Part shown: piece after piece, positions 46,462 to 56,577 of the stretch
Position numbering within the stretch: the first letter of the stretch is position 1
Layout of the letters: the number at the start of each line of letters is the position of its first letter
From: an uncultured Acidobacteriota bacterium
GTDB taxonomy: Bacteria; Acidobacteriota; Thermoanaerobaculia; Multivoradales; UBA5704
DNA length: 64,000 nucleotides
Assembly (NCBI GenBank): GCA_963718645.1
Contig: OY970373.1
Coordinates: 4,202,452 to 4,266,451 of the forward strand
Direction: 5' to 3'
The notes under the pieces: generated by a model
What the model saw: the letters and a program-made list of their open reading frames with translations, nothing else
What the model was told of the DNA's origin: nothing
Databases searched by the model: none
Translations under genes and position numbers: made by a program

Positions 46462-48478
46462 CTAGGCGGAGACCCTCTCGACCTCCACCCGCGCGTCGTT
46501 GAAGCAGGCTCCCTCGCCGAGGTCGGCATAGGTGTCCGGCGCCAGGGCGTTGGCCGTGGTGCCCGAGGCGGTGTTGTGGCTCCAGAGCCCTTTCGGCAGA
46601 TAGACGACGCCCGGCCGCAGGTCGGGATTGAGCCGCGCCGCCACCCGCACTTCGCCGAGGTCGTTCCAGACCCGCAGCGCGTCGCCCGCGGCGATCCCCC
46701 GCGGCCCAGCGTCCGCGGGATGGATCTCCAGGGCGACCTGCCCCCTCTCGAGCTGGCCGAAGGTCGAGTTGATGCGGCGGCCGGTGGAGGGCGAGATCAG
46801 CGCCAGCGGATGCCGCGGGTTTCCCGGATCGTCCTGGAAGGCGTAGAGGCCGTGCGGCGCCTCGCGGTCGAGCGCCTCGGGGACGAGATGGATCTTGCGG
46901 CCGACCGTCTGCGGGAAGGCGTCGACGAACTGCACGGGCGCGTCGCCGCAGGGCGGCAGGGCCCTGCCGTCGCGCTCCAGCTCGCCGCGCACGCGCCCGT
47001 GCCGGCGGAGCAGCGCGGCGGTGAGCTCCTCGGCGGTCGACGGGTCCTCCGGCAGGTCGAGGCCGAGCCGCGCGACCAGGGCGGCGAAGACCTCCGGGTT
47101 GGAGCGCGCCTCGCCCGCCGGCGGCACCACCGGAGCGGACTGCTGGAGGATGTAGGAGCCGTAGCCGCGCACCAGCTCGGAGTGCTCCAGGAAGTGGGTG
47201 GCGGGGAGCACCAGGTCGGCCCACTTCGCGCTGTCGGTCCACACCTGCTCGAAGACGACCGTGAACAGGTCCTCGCGCGCCAGCCCCCGCCGCACCTTCT
47301 CCTGGTTGGGGAGGGTCGCCAGCGGGTTGCAGTTGTAGACGAACAGGACGTCGACCGGCGGCTCGCCTGCGAGCAGGGCCTCGCCCAGCCGGTTCATGTT
47401 GATCGTGCGGGTGGCCGGCTTCGGCGCCGCCATGGCCGGCGCCTGATCGATCCACCAGACCCCCGAGTTGCTCATCGTGTAGCCGCCGCCGCGCACGCCG
47501 AACTTCCCCGCCACCGCCGGCAGCGCCAGGGCCGCGGCCACGGCGGAGCCGCCGTTGCGGTTGCGCTCCATCCCCCAGCCGGTGCGGATCAATGCCGGCG
47601 AGGCCTCGGCGTAGAGGTGGACGAACTCCTCGATCGCCGCCGCGGATAGGCCGGTGGCCGCCGCCGCGCGCTCGAAGGTCCAGGGTTCGGCGCGCCGCCG
47701 CAGCTCCTCGGCGCCAGTCGTGTGCTCAGCCAGAAAGGTGAGATCGGCGCGCCCGTTCTCGAAGAACCAGCGGATGGCGGCCAGCGCGAGTGCGAGGTCG
47801 CTCCCCGGCCGGACGCCAAGATGAAGGTCGGCCTTCTTGGCCAGCGGCGTGCGGCGGGGATCGATCACCACCAGCCGCGCTCCGGCCTTCTGCGCCTCCT
47901 GGACGTAGGGGACGAGGTGGATGCCGGACACCGAGGGGTTCACTCCCCAGAGCACGATCAGCCGCGCGTGCGGGAAGTCCCGATAGGCGACGCCCGCCAT
48001 CTTGCCGTAGAGCCCCGTCGCCGCCCTCCCCGTCGGCGCCGCGCAGACGGCGCGGGCGAGGTTGGAGGCGCCCAACCGGTGGAAGAGACGGGCGTCGGTG
48101 GTGTCCTGGGTCAGCAGCCCGTTCGAGCCGCCATAGCAGAGCGGGAGGATCGATTCGCCCCCCGCGCCGTCGCGCGCCGCGCGCAGCCGCTCCGCCGCGA
48201 GGTCGAGCGCCGCGTCCCAGGAGATCCGCTCGAAGCGCCCCTCCCCCTTGGGACCGACGCGACGCGCCGGATAGAGCAGGCGGTCCGGACCATAGAGGTG
48301 CTCCGGAGTCCGCCGCACCTTGGCGCAGATGTACCCGCCGGTGACGGGATTGCGGTGGTCGCCGTCGACCTTCGCCACCCGGCCGTCCACCACCCGGACC
48401 TCCAGGCTGCAGGCGTCGGGGCAGTCGAGGGGGCAGGCGCTGGTGAAGACTTCGGGGGTGCGGAGGGATTCGGTCATG
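46462..48478 (-). CDS. Molybdopterin-dependent oxidoreductase catalytic subunit (MopB superfamily; FdhF / YdeP / NasA-like)
   Basis: MTESLRTPEVFTSACPLDCPDACSLEV...GGYICAKV (N-terminal 4Fe-4S Cys cluster) and a C-terminal MopB barrel ...VYLPKGLW. Confidence 0.75.
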
Positions 48479-48552
48479 CGACGATTGTAGCCGCTTCGCA
48501 GGGCCACGGTCCGGGCAGGCCCAAGGCGTCCGTACTCGCTGGAGCGGCCTGC

Positions 48553-48620
48553 CCTCCGAAACCTCACCCCCGGCCCCTCTCCCGTCCCCACGCGCCCTCC
48601 CTCACCGGGAGAGGGGAGAC
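48553..48620. repeat. Repeat family A copy (A4) in the MopB leader
   Basis: CCTCACCCCCGGCCCCTCTCCCGTCCCCACGCGCCCTCCCTCACCGGGAGAGGGG. Confidence 0.7.
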
Positions 48621-48764
48621 AAGCAAAGCAAGGAGTCAGGAGCCGCCTCAGCGAAGGGCCCCCCGGACGCCTGACGGAAGGCCGGTTGCGCAGCCCTCCA
48701 TTTGTCCGCAAGCCGCTGCCGATTCCACTCGAAGCGTCGCCGATTCTCGCCCTGCCGGAGCCGA

Positions 48765-48925
48765 TTGCCGGCGACTTGCCTCCGATAGGCGGGCAATTTT
48801 CCGGAATTGCCCTCAAAGCGGAGATAATACGCCGGCAAAAGCCTCCGCTTGGCCTCGACTTAACCGGATTGCCGGAGAAATTTGCCGGATTGCCGGTGAA
48901 GCGGGCCGGATTGCCGGCGAGTTGA
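48765..48925. promoter_or_regulatory. Cluster of CCGGATTGCC(GG) half-sites and a perfect palindrome GGGCAATT-N6-AATTGCCC upstream of the MopB gene
   Basis: CCGATTGCCGGCG (48770), GGGCAATTttccggAATTGCCC (48791-48812), CCGGATTGCCGG (48865, 48887, 48911). Confidence 0.5.
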
Positions 48926-48966
48926 TTCCGTTTGGCCGGGAATCTTCTCCGGCGGGAAGCCGGATC

Positions 48967-50238
48967 CTAGCTGCCGTTCCCCCGCCGCTCCCGTCGCAGG
49001 TGAGCGGAGACCTGGCGGACGAAATCCACGGTCAGGCGCTCCTCCTCGCAGGCGCGCTGGAACATCAGGAGCGTCACGATCGCCTCGCGGTCGACGTCCC
49101 GCGACTGGAAGATGGGCATCAGCTCGGCCGCGAGACGCTTGAGATCCTCGGTGCACCCTTCCTGAGCGAAGAGGCGGGCGAGATCGAGGGAGACCAGCGC
49201 GGCGTCGAAGCCCATGTGCCGCTCCAGGAACTCTCGCTGGACCTCCCGGAAAGCGGCCTCGGCGGGACCGAGGCGGCCGAGGCCGAGGTGGATGAGTCCT
49301 TCGATCCAGCGCAGGCGAACAAGATCGAGCGGTTGGGCGGTCTCCCCAAGGAGGTCTACAAGATCGGGCAGGAGCTGTTCAGCCTCGCCGAAGCGCCCCG
49401 CTATCACCAGGCACCCCATCAGGTTGTATCGGGCGAAGAAGACGAGACGGGGATACTCGTTCGGGTCAATCTCACCGATGGCCCCCTTCAGCAACTCGAT
49501 CGCCCCGGACAGATCGTCCATCTCCTCGAGGATCTTCGCCTGCTGTACCAGCGCCTTTCCCGAGCCGTGACGATCTCCAATCTCGCGATAGGCCAGGAGC
49601 GCCTCGTCCGCCAGGGAGAGCGCCTCGCCGAGCCGCCGCTGCGCTCTGCGCAGGGAAGACTTCAGGTCCAGGACCTCCGCCCAGACCTCGGCGTTCCCGG
49701 AGGTGCTCCGGAGCAGGCACGCATCCGCCTTGACGAACGCGTCCTCGGCGCTCCGCAGCTCCCCCAGCACCCGCCGGGCATTGCCGAGATGCGCGAAACA
49801 CCGCCCCCGCAGATCCATGACCCAGTTCGGATCGTAGGCCGTGCCGAGATGGCGGACGACGCGCAGCGCCAGGTTGGCCAGTTCGACACCGCGGCTGGGA
49901 TCGCTGAAGGTGGCTTCCCGGCTCTTCTCCAGGAGGAGCCGGCAGAGGCCCCAGGCGTGCAGCTCCTCGTCCTCCTCGACCTCCCGAAGCTGCTCGGCAT
50001 AGGGCCGATCGGCCAAGCGCGCCCAGAGCTCCGGCGCCTGCAGGCCCTCGGTCACCGCGATCTCCGCGTCCCAATGGCCGACCTCCTTCTGGAGACGGAG
50101 AATCTCGCCGTGCCGTTCCCGGCAAACCGGGCAGTGCGCCAGAAAGTGGGGGATGACGAGACGGAGCATCTCATCGTGCTCCAGGGTTCCGGAGAGCCAT
50201 TTCGCCAGCATCTCCAGCGACAGGTGCGCGTCTTCCAA
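48967..50238 (-). CDS. zf-HC2 (anti-sigma-factor-like) N-terminal domain + TPR-repeat regulatory protein
   Basis: EDAHLSLEMLAKWLSGTLEHDEMLRLVIPHFLAHCPVCRERHGEI (HxxxCxxC), then TPR-like helices. A TTG start at 50238 with AAGGAG 6 nt upstream is preferred. The listed ATG at 50340 lies inside an intrinsic terminator. Confidence 0.55.
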   Translation of the reverse strand: MEDAHLSLEMLAKWLSGTLEHDEMLRLVIPHFLAHCPVCRERHGEILRLQKEVGHWDAEIAVTEGLQAPELWARLADRPYAEQLREVEEDEELHAWGLCRLLLEKSREATFSDPSRGVELANLALRVVRHLGTAYDPNWVMDLRGRCFAHLGNARRVLGELRSAEDAFVKADACLLRSTSGNAEVWAEVLDLKSSLRRAQRRLGEALSLADEALLAYREIGDRHGSGKALVQQAKILEEMDDLSGAIELLKGAIGEIDPNEYPRLVFFARYNLMGCLVIAGRFGEAEQLLPDLVDLLGETAQPLDLVRLRWIEGLIHLGLGRLGPAEAAFREVQREFLERHMGFDAALVSLDLARLFAQEGCTEDLKRLAAELMPIFQSRDVDREAIVTLLMFQRACEEERLTVDFVRQVSAHLRRERRGNGS

Positions 50239-50309
50239 TCCGATCTCCTTGAAGGCATGCAACGTTCTTATAGTCTCTCCAGATCGCCGCTTCGTGACAC
50301 CTGCTGATG

Positions 50310-50338
50310 AAAAAAAGGGCCGGAGAGGTCTCCGGCCC
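50310..50338 (-). terminator. Rho-independent terminator (minus strand) for the small secreted-protein gene
   Basis: On the minus strand GGGCCGGAGA cc TCTCCGGCCC is followed by TTTTTTT. Confidence 0.7.
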
Positions 50339-50351
50339 ACATCGGAACCCG

Positions 50352-50666
50352 CTACGGCCGGCCGTTGGGATCGATGGTCGGTCCCTCGTCGTCGAGGGTC
50401 CCGGCAGGTGTTACCAAAGCCCCCTGATGGTTAGGATTGCCGTTGGGGTCGATCGACATTCCCTCCTTCCGAAGGACCCGCGGCAGGAGATCGGCGAAGA
50501 ACTTCCAGATCCCCGCGAGGCCGCCATCGCCGAAGACGGTAACAGCCTGGAGCCGATGAGCGGGCTGCCGCGCCGCTTGGGCTCCGGCGGGAAGGGCGGC
50601 CAGGACGAGAGCGGCCAGCAGGATGAGAACGGTGGAAACGCGGTTCGAAGCACGGTTCGTGGACAT
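50352..50666 (-). CDS. Small secreted protein with IDPNGxP repeats
   Basis: MSTNRASNRVSTVLILLAALVLAALPAGAQA (signal peptide)...SIDPNGNPNHQG...TIDPNGRP*. The terminator follows directly. Confidence 0.45.
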   Translation of the reverse strand: MSTNRASNRVSTVLILLAALVLAALPAGAQAARQPAHRLQAVTVFGDGGLAGIWKFFADLLPRVLRKEGMSIDPNGNPNHQGALVTPAGTLDDEGPTIDPNGRP

Positions 50667-50796
50667 GGTGAAGCTCCTTCGAGGGTGGGTCTCGGACGCG
50701 GCGGAATGCCGGGCGAGCCAGTCCCCCTAGAAGAGAATGTTGCTCCAGACGGTAAAAAGCGCGCTCTCCGGGGCCGTTTCTCGTGATTTGCCAAAT

Positions 50797-50878
50797 CTGC
50801 CTGATGGGGGCGGCGTCGCAGTCGTCCCCCTTCTCCTTCCGGAGGAGGGGATAGGGGATGAGGTCGCAGGCCACGGAA
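50797..50878. repeat. Repeat family C copy C2 (half element, inverted)
   Basis: GGGGGCGGCGTCGCAGTCGTCCCCCTTCTCCTTCCGGAGGAGGGGATAGGGGATGAGGTCGCAGGCCAC is the reverse complement of the left half of C1. Confidence 0.65.
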
Positions 50879-50947
50879 ACCGAGCGCAGCGAGCCCCTCC
50901 GCCCTTGGGTATAGAATCCAGCCCTAACCCAGGCGGAGGGCGTCTGC

Positions 50948-52747
50948 ATGTCCATTTCGGTCTCGACCCTAACCGAGCTGTTCCTCAAGGCGGCGAGCTA
51001 CAACAAGGCGGACTGCCTGATGTCCAAGGTGGGCGGTACCTACCAGCCGATCTCCACGGCGGAGCTGGTGGACCGCGTGCGGAGGCTGTCGAAGGCGCTC
51101 CTGGCGCTCGGGGTCGAGCGGGGCGACCGGGTGGCGCTGATGTCGGAGAACGGCCCCCACTGGCCCACGATCGACTTCGCGACGCTCTGCGCGGGCGCGG
51201 CGCTGGTGCCGATCTATCCCACGCTGCTGCCCGACCAGTCCTCCTACATCGCGGGCAACTGCGGCGCCAAGGTGGTGTTCGCCGAGACCACCGCCCACCT
51301 GGAGGGACTCCTCTCGCACCTCGACGAGATGCCGGACGTCCGCCAGTTCGTGCTGGTCAAGGGGACGTCGACCGACCCCAAGGTGATCACCCTCGACAAG
51401 CTGATGGAGAAGGGGGCCGGCGCCGACGCGGCCGAGTTCGAGGCGCACGCCCGCGCCGTCAAGCCCGAGGACCTCGCGACCTTCATCTATACAAGCGGCA
51501 CCACCGGCACCCCCAAGGGGGTGATGCTCACCCACGGCAACCTCGCCTCGAACGTCACCTCGGGGCTCGCGGCGCTGAACTTCCAGGAGGGGTCGACGGC
51601 GCTGTCGTTCCTCCCCCTCTCGCACGTGTTCGAGCGCATGGTCGACTATTGCTACTTCCTGCGCGGCTGCTCGATCGCCTACGCGGAGTCGGTGGCGGCG
51701 GTGTCCGCCAACATGGCGGAGGTCAAGCCGCACGTCTTCGTGTCGGTGCCGCGGGTCTACGAGAAGATCCTGAGCAAGGTGCAGGAGGGGGTGGCGGCGA
51801 GCTCGCCGATCAAGCAGAAGCTCTTCGCCTGGGCGGTCGGCCTCGGCAAGCAGGCGCTCCCCTACCGGCTGAAGCGCCAGAGCCCGCCGGGCTTCCTGGG
51901 GTTGCAGCTCGGCCTCGCCGACAAGCTGGTGTTCTCGAAGATCAGGGCGCGGCTGGGCGGGCGGTTCGACTTCGCCGTCTCCGGCGGCGCGCCGCTGTCG
52001 CGCGACGTCGCCGAGTTCTTCTGGGGCGCGGGGATCCCGATCTATGAGGGCTATGGCCTCTCGGAGACCTCGCCGGTGATCACCGTCAACACCCGTGAGC
52101 ACGTCAAGATGGGCACGGTCGGCCGGGCTATCGCGGACGTGCAGATCAAGATCGCCGAGGACGGCGAGATCCTCTCCAAAGGGCCCAACATCATGAAGGG
52201 CTATTGGGGCATGGAGAAGGAGACGGCGGAGGTGATCGACGCCGAGGGGTGGTTCCACACCGGCGACATCGGCGAGGTCGATTCCGAAGGGTTCCTGCGG
52301 ATCACCGACCGCAAGAAGGAGCTGATCATCAACGCCTACGGCAAGAACGTGGCGCCGGCGCCGATCGAGAACTCGCTGAAGGGGAGCCGCTTCATCGGCC
52401 AGGCGGTGGTGATCGGCGACCGCCGGAAGTTCCTCTCGGCGCTGCTGGTGCCCGACTTCGAGGCGCTCAAGCCGTGGGCGGAGAAGCAGGGGATCGCCAC
52501 GGCGAGCAACGAGCAGCTCATCGCCGACCCGAAGGTGAAGGAGATGATCGGCCACGAGGTCGCGGCGGTCAACGCCAACCTCGCCGGCTTCGAGAAGATC
52601 GTCGCCTGGGAGCTGCTGCCGAACGAGTTCACCCTGGAGACCGGCGAGATCACGCCGACGCTGAAGGTCAAGCGGCGGGTGGTCAACCAGAAGTACGGAC
52701 CGATCATCGACCGCCTCTACGCCGAGGCGGACAAGCACGGGGGGTAG
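50948..52747 (+). CDS. fadD: Long-chain fatty-acid-CoA ligase (AMP-dependent synthetase)
   Basis: ...IYTSGTTGTPKGVMLTHGNL...EGYGLSETSP...TGDIG... Confidence 0.9.
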   Translation: MSISVSTLTELFLKAASYNKADCLMSKVGGTYQPISTAELVDRVRRLSKALLALGVERGDRVALMSENGPHWPTIDFATLCAGAALVPIYPTLLPDQSSYIAGNCGAKVVFAETTAHLEGLLSHLDEMPDVRQFVLVKGTSTDPKVITLDKLMEKGAGADAAEFEAHARAVKPEDLATFIYTSGTTGTPKGVMLTHGNLASNVTSGLAALNFQEGSTALSFLPLSHVFERMVDYCYFLRGCSIAYAESVAAVSANMAEVKPHVFVSVPRVYEKILSKVQEGVAASSPIKQKLFAWAVGLGKQALPYRLKRQSPPGFLGLQLGLADKLVFSKIRARLGGRFDFAVSGGAPLSRDVAEFFWGAGIPIYEGYGLSETSPVITVNTREHVKMGTVGRAIADVQIKIAEDGEILSKGPNIMKGYWGMEKETAEVIDAEGWFHTGDIGEVDSEGFLRITDRKKELIINAYGKNVAPAPIENSLKGSRFIGQAVVIGDRRKFLSALLVPDFEALKPWAEKQGIATASNEQLIADPKVKEMIGHEVAAVNANLAGFEKIVAWELLPNEFTLETGEITPTLKVKRRVVNQKYGPIIDRLYAEADKHGG

Positions 52748-52750
52748 CGC

Positions 52751-54895
52751 GTGTCATCCATCTTCCACCTCGAAGTCGGCGCCGACCGCCTGGCGACGCT
52801 CACGTTCGATTCGCCGGACAAGAAGGTCAACGTCTTCACGCGCGGCGCGTTCCAGGAGCTGGAAGCGATGCTCCAGGAGCTCGGCGGGCGCAAGGACATC
52901 GGCGCCCTGATCCTGCTCTCGGGCAAGCCCGGCAGCTTCATCGCCGGCGCGGACGTCGAGGAGATCGCGCGCGTCACCGATCCGGTCGAGGCCGAGGCGG
53001 GCTCGCGCATCGGGCACCGGCTGTTCTCGGCCTGGGAGGCGCTCCCCTTCCCCACCATCGCCGCCATCCGCGGCGTCTGCCTGGGGGGCGGCCTGGAGAT
53101 CTCGCTCGCCTCGACCTACCGGGTGGCGAGCGACCGGGCTGATACCAAGATGGGACTTCCCGAGGTGCGCCTCGGCATCCTTCCCGGCTGGGGGGGCTCG
53201 ACGCGGCTGCCACGGCGGATCGGCATCGCCGAGGCGCTCGACCTCATCCTCACCGGCAAGACGGTGGTCGGCCGTAAGGCGCTGAAGCTGGGCCTGATCG
53301 ACGCTCTGCTCCCCGACGCGCGCTTCCTCGACACCCTGCGCGACTTCGCCCTGGAGCGGATGGACCAGCCCCGCCGCGAAAACGACGAGGCGTTCGACTT
53401 CAAGGAGCTGCTGCTGGAGAAGAACCCGCTGGGGCGGAAGATCCTCTTCGACCAGGCGCGCAAGAAGACCCTGGAGACCACGCGCGGCCACTACCCGGCC
53501 CCCCTGCGCGCCATCGAGGTGGTGAAGGTGGGGATCGAGGACGGCCCCCGCGCCGGCTTCGACGCCGAGGCGCGCGCCGTCGCCGAGCTGGCCACCTCGA
53601 AGACGGCGAAGAACCTCATCCACGTCTTCCGGCTGACCGAGGAGGCGAAGAAGGAGACCGGCCTCCCGGGGGCGGCGCCGCGCGAGGTCCATTCGACGGC
53701 GGTGCTCGGCGCCGGGGTGATGGGCGGCGGCATCGCCCAGCTCATCGCCGCCGAGACCGATCTGCCGGTGCGGATGAAGGACGTGCGCGCCGAGGCGCTG
53801 GCGAGCGGCATGGAGCACGCCTCGCGGCTGTTCAACAAGGCCGTCGAGCGGCGGCGCCTGTCGCTCCCCGAATCGCGGCGGAAGATGACGCTCCTCCACT
53901 CGACCCTCGACTACTCGGGATTCCGGCCGGTCGATCTGGTGATCGAGGCGATCGTCGAGAACCTGGGGGTCAAGCAGGAGGTGTTCGCCGAGACGGCCAG
54001 GCACGTCGCCGAGGGGGCCATCCTGGCCTCGAACACCTCGTCGCTGTCGATCGCCGGCATCGGCGCCAAGACGCCGCACCCGGAGCGGGTGGTCGGCATG
54101 CACTTCTTCAATCCGGTCGACAGGATGCCGCTGGTCGAGGTGATCGCCGCCGAGGGGAGCGATCCGGAGGCGGTCAACACCGTCTTCGCCTTCACCCGCA
54201 AGCTGGGCAAGACGCCCGTGCTGGTGAAGGACACCCCCGGCTTCCTGGTCAACCGCCTGCTGATGTTCTACTCGACCGAGGCGCTCTGGCTGCTCGACGA
54301 GGGGTACCGGATCGAGGACCTCGACCGCGCGATGACCGAGTGGGGGATGCCGATGGGCCCGATGGCCCTCACCGACGAGGTGGGGATCGACGTCGCCACC
54401 AAGGTCGCCCATATCCTGCACGACGCCTTCGCCGACCGGCTGCCGCTCCCCGAGTGGCTCGACCGGTTGCCGCAGAGCGGCCGGCTGGGGACCAAGAACG
54501 GCAAGGGGCTCTATCGCTACGAGGGGCGCGAGCGGAAGGAGCCGGACGCCACCGTCTACCCGCTGCTCGGGCTCGATCCGCGCGTCGACAATCCGGACCC
54601 CGGCGGCATCGTCGACCGCATGGTGCTGCCGATGGTCAACGAGGCGGCCCGCTGCCTGGAGGAGGGGGTGGTGCGCAGCGCCGCCGACCTCGACCTGTCA
54701 CTGATCTTCGGCACCGGCTTTCCCCCCTTCCGCGGCGGCCTCTGCCGCTGGGCCGACCAGGAGGGGCTCCCGCGCATCCTCGGCATCCTGGAGCGGCTCG
54801 AAAGCAGCGTCGGCGACCGCTTCGCGCCCTCGGAGGCGCTGCGGAAGACGGCGGCGGCGGGGGGGTTCTACGCTCGGTTTGACGGGGTGGGATAA
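52751..54895 (+). CDS. fadB: Fatty-acid oxidation complex alpha subunit (enoyl-CoA hydratase / 3-hydroxyacyl-CoA dehydrogenase, FadB/FadJ)
   Basis: GTG start. A crotonase fold (AIRGVCLGGGLEISLAS) is followed by the 3HCDH domain AVLGAGVMGGGIAQ... Confidence 0.9.
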   Translation: MSSIFHLEVGADRLATLTFDSPDKKVNVFTRGAFQELEAMLQELGGRKDIGALILLSGKPGSFIAGADVEEIARVTDPVEAEAGSRIGHRLFSAWEALPFPTIAAIRGVCLGGGLEISLASTYRVASDRADTKMGLPEVRLGILPGWGGSTRLPRRIGIAEALDLILTGKTVVGRKALKLGLIDALLPDARFLDTLRDFALERMDQPRRENDEAFDFKELLLEKNPLGRKILFDQARKKTLETTRGHYPAPLRAIEVVKVGIEDGPRAGFDAEARAVAELATSKTAKNLIHVFRLTEEAKKETGLPGAAPREVHSTAVLGAGVMGGGIAQLIAAETDLPVRMKDVRAEALASGMEHASRLFNKAVERRRLSLPESRRKMTLLHSTLDYSGFRPVDLVIEAIVENLGVKQEVFAETARHVAEGAILASNTSSLSIAGIGAKTPHPERVVGMHFFNPVDRMPLVEVIAAEGSDPEAVNTVFAFTRKLGKTPVLVKDTPGFLVNRLLMFYSTEALWLLDEGYRIEDLDRAMTEWGMPMGPMALTDEVGIDVATKVAHILHDAFADRLPLPEWLDRLPQSGRLGTKNGKGLYRYEGRERKEPDATVYPLLGLDPRVDNPDPGGIVDRMVLPMVNEAARCLEEGVVRSAADLDLSLIFGTGFPPFRGGLCRWADQEGLPRILGILERLESSVGDRFAPSEALRKTAAAGGFYARFDGVG

Positions 54896-54919
54896 GAAGG
54901 GGATAAAAGGCCGCCCCTT

Positions 54920-55095
54920 CGGGGCGAGCCCCTCACTCCCCAACCCCTCTCTCCCAGCCCTCCACCCACCCCTGCCGGGGAGAGAGGGGCTAAAGCAAGA
55001 AAAGAAAAGGCTGGAAGTTGTTTTTAGACTAACCACTCCCTCTTCTCCCCGTCAGGGTGGGTGGAGGGCTGGGAGAAGAGGGCCGGGGTGATGAG
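54920..55095. repeat. Two inverted copies of repeat family A (A5 54920-54992, A6 55028-55095) flanking a 40-bp AT-rich core
   Basis: CCCCTCACTCCCCAACCCCTCTCTCCCAGCCCTCCACCCACCCCTGCCGGGGAGAGAGGGG ... aagaaaagaaaaggctggaagttgtttttagactaa ... CCCTCTTCTCCCCGTCAGGGTGGGTGGAGGGCTGGGAGAAGAGGGCCGGGGTGATGAGGG. Confidence 0.7.
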
Positions 55096-55296
55096 GGCCA
55101 CCCTCGCATCCAAGGATGCGTCCCCTTCAGAGACACCCCGTCCCATCGGGGTGACATCTGTCCTAGCAACTCATCCACCTCATCCTCATCATTTCCATTT
55201 AAAATCAAACCGTTCCGCGTTCCGGCTCCCAGGAATTTTCCTGGCCCGCCCCTTGCTCTCTCTAAAGGTGGATCGTCTCGGGCAAAGGAGAAAGAC

Positions 55297-56418
55297 ATGC
55301 GAAACATGCGGATGACGGCGATGGCGGCGGCGATGGCCCTCGTCGCGTTCTGCGGCCTCGGGCTGGCCGCCACGGCCCAGGAGAAGCCTCAGGGCCAGGA
55401 CGTGCAGGGTCAGTTCCAGGGCAAGGTGAACGTCAACGAGGTGCTCCTCGACGTCCTGGTCACGGACTCCACGGGCAACGTGATCGTGGGGCTCGACAAG
55501 AGCGACTTCGTGGTGAAGGAGAAGGGCAAGCCGGTCGACCTCACCGGCGTGACCTTCTACAGCAACCGGCGGCTGCTGGAGTCCAACCCCACGCTCGCCA
55601 AGCAGGGGGTGAGCGTCGAGCAGGGGACGGAGGACCGCTATTTCGTCCTCTTCTTCGAGGACCAGAAGGTCAACGCGCAGGACGCGCCGCAGCTACTCTC
55701 CCAGCAGCTCGAGGCGAGCAAGCGCGCCCGCGGCTGGGTGGACGGCGAGATGCTGGCGAACGACTGGGTGGCGGTGGTCAGCTACGACACCCGCCTCAAG
55801 GTGCAGCAGGACTTCACCCACGACCGCAAGGCGCTGATCGCGGCGATCGGCGACGCGGTGAAGGGTCGGGACCCGGAAGGGAACTACAACTCGCGGATCG
55901 ACGCCAGCAAGGGGCCGTCGCTGCTCGCCGGCCTGCCCCGGGGCGAGGAGCTGCTGAACAAGACACCGAAGATCTACGACGCCCTGCAGGTGATCGCCCG
56001 CTCGGCCGGCAACATCCGGGGCCGCAAGAACCTGCTGCTCTTCACCTACGGCCTGCCCAGCAACGAGACGACGTTCGGCCAGTTCGTGCCCGACAAGCGC
56101 TACTTCCTGCCGACGGTCGACGCGCTCAACGCCAACAACGTGGCGGTCTACTCGCTCGACCTGACGCCGGCCGCCACCCAGCACACGCTGAGCGACTCGC
56201 TGCAGAAGATGTCGGACGACACCGGCGGCCGCTACTTCTTCAACATCACCAACTTCTCGACGCCGCTCGACCAGATCTCCAAGGAGAACAACGGCTACTA
56301 CCTGCTGAGCTACCAGAGCGAGCAGACCGGCAAGCCGGGCTTCCAGAATGTCACGGTGACCACCACCAACCGCGAATTCCGGGTCAAGGCGCGGAAGGGG
56401 TACGAGGCCGGGAAGTAG
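55297..56418 (+). CDS. Secreted von Willebrand factor A domain protein of the VWFA-related acidobacterial type (TIGR03436-like)
   Basis: The RBS AAAGGAG lies 7 nt upstream. MRNMRMTAMAAAMALVAFCGLGLAATAQE (signal peptide)...VLLDVLVTDSTGNVIVGLDKSDFVVKEKGKPVDL... Confidence 0.75.
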   Translation: MRNMRMTAMAAAMALVAFCGLGLAATAQEKPQGQDVQGQFQGKVNVNEVLLDVLVTDSTGNVIVGLDKSDFVVKEKGKPVDLTGVTFYSNRRLLESNPTLAKQGVSVEQGTEDRYFVLFFEDQKVNAQDAPQLLSQQLEASKRARGWVDGEMLANDWVAVVSYDTRLKVQQDFTHDRKALIAAIGDAVKGRDPEGNYNSRIDASKGPSLLAGLPRGEELLNKTPKIYDALQVIARSAGNIRGRKNLLLFTYGLPSNETTFGQFVPDKRYFLPTVDALNANNVAVYSLDLTPAATQHTLSDSLQKMSDDTGGRYFFNITNFSTPLDQISKENNGYYLLSYQSEQTGKPGFQNVTVTTTNREFRVKARKGYEAGK

Positions 56419-56468
56419 GGGAAATTTGGGCCGCACGGCCTCGGTTGAAGAGAACGGGTTGTTCCTCC

Positions 56469-56497
56469 TGGACATGTCGTCTCGCTCCAGTTAGAAT
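56469..56497 (+). promoter_or_regulatory. Sigma70-like promoter for the NYN gene
   Basis: TGGACA (56469-56474), a 17-nt spacer, then TAGAAT (56492-56497). Confidence 0.45.
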
Positions 56498-56577
56498 ACC
56501 CCGGATAGAAGAACGCCTCCTCTTACGCCCCTGATCCAAGAGGTGAAAACCTCGCGTAAGTGGAGGCATTGTTATTT

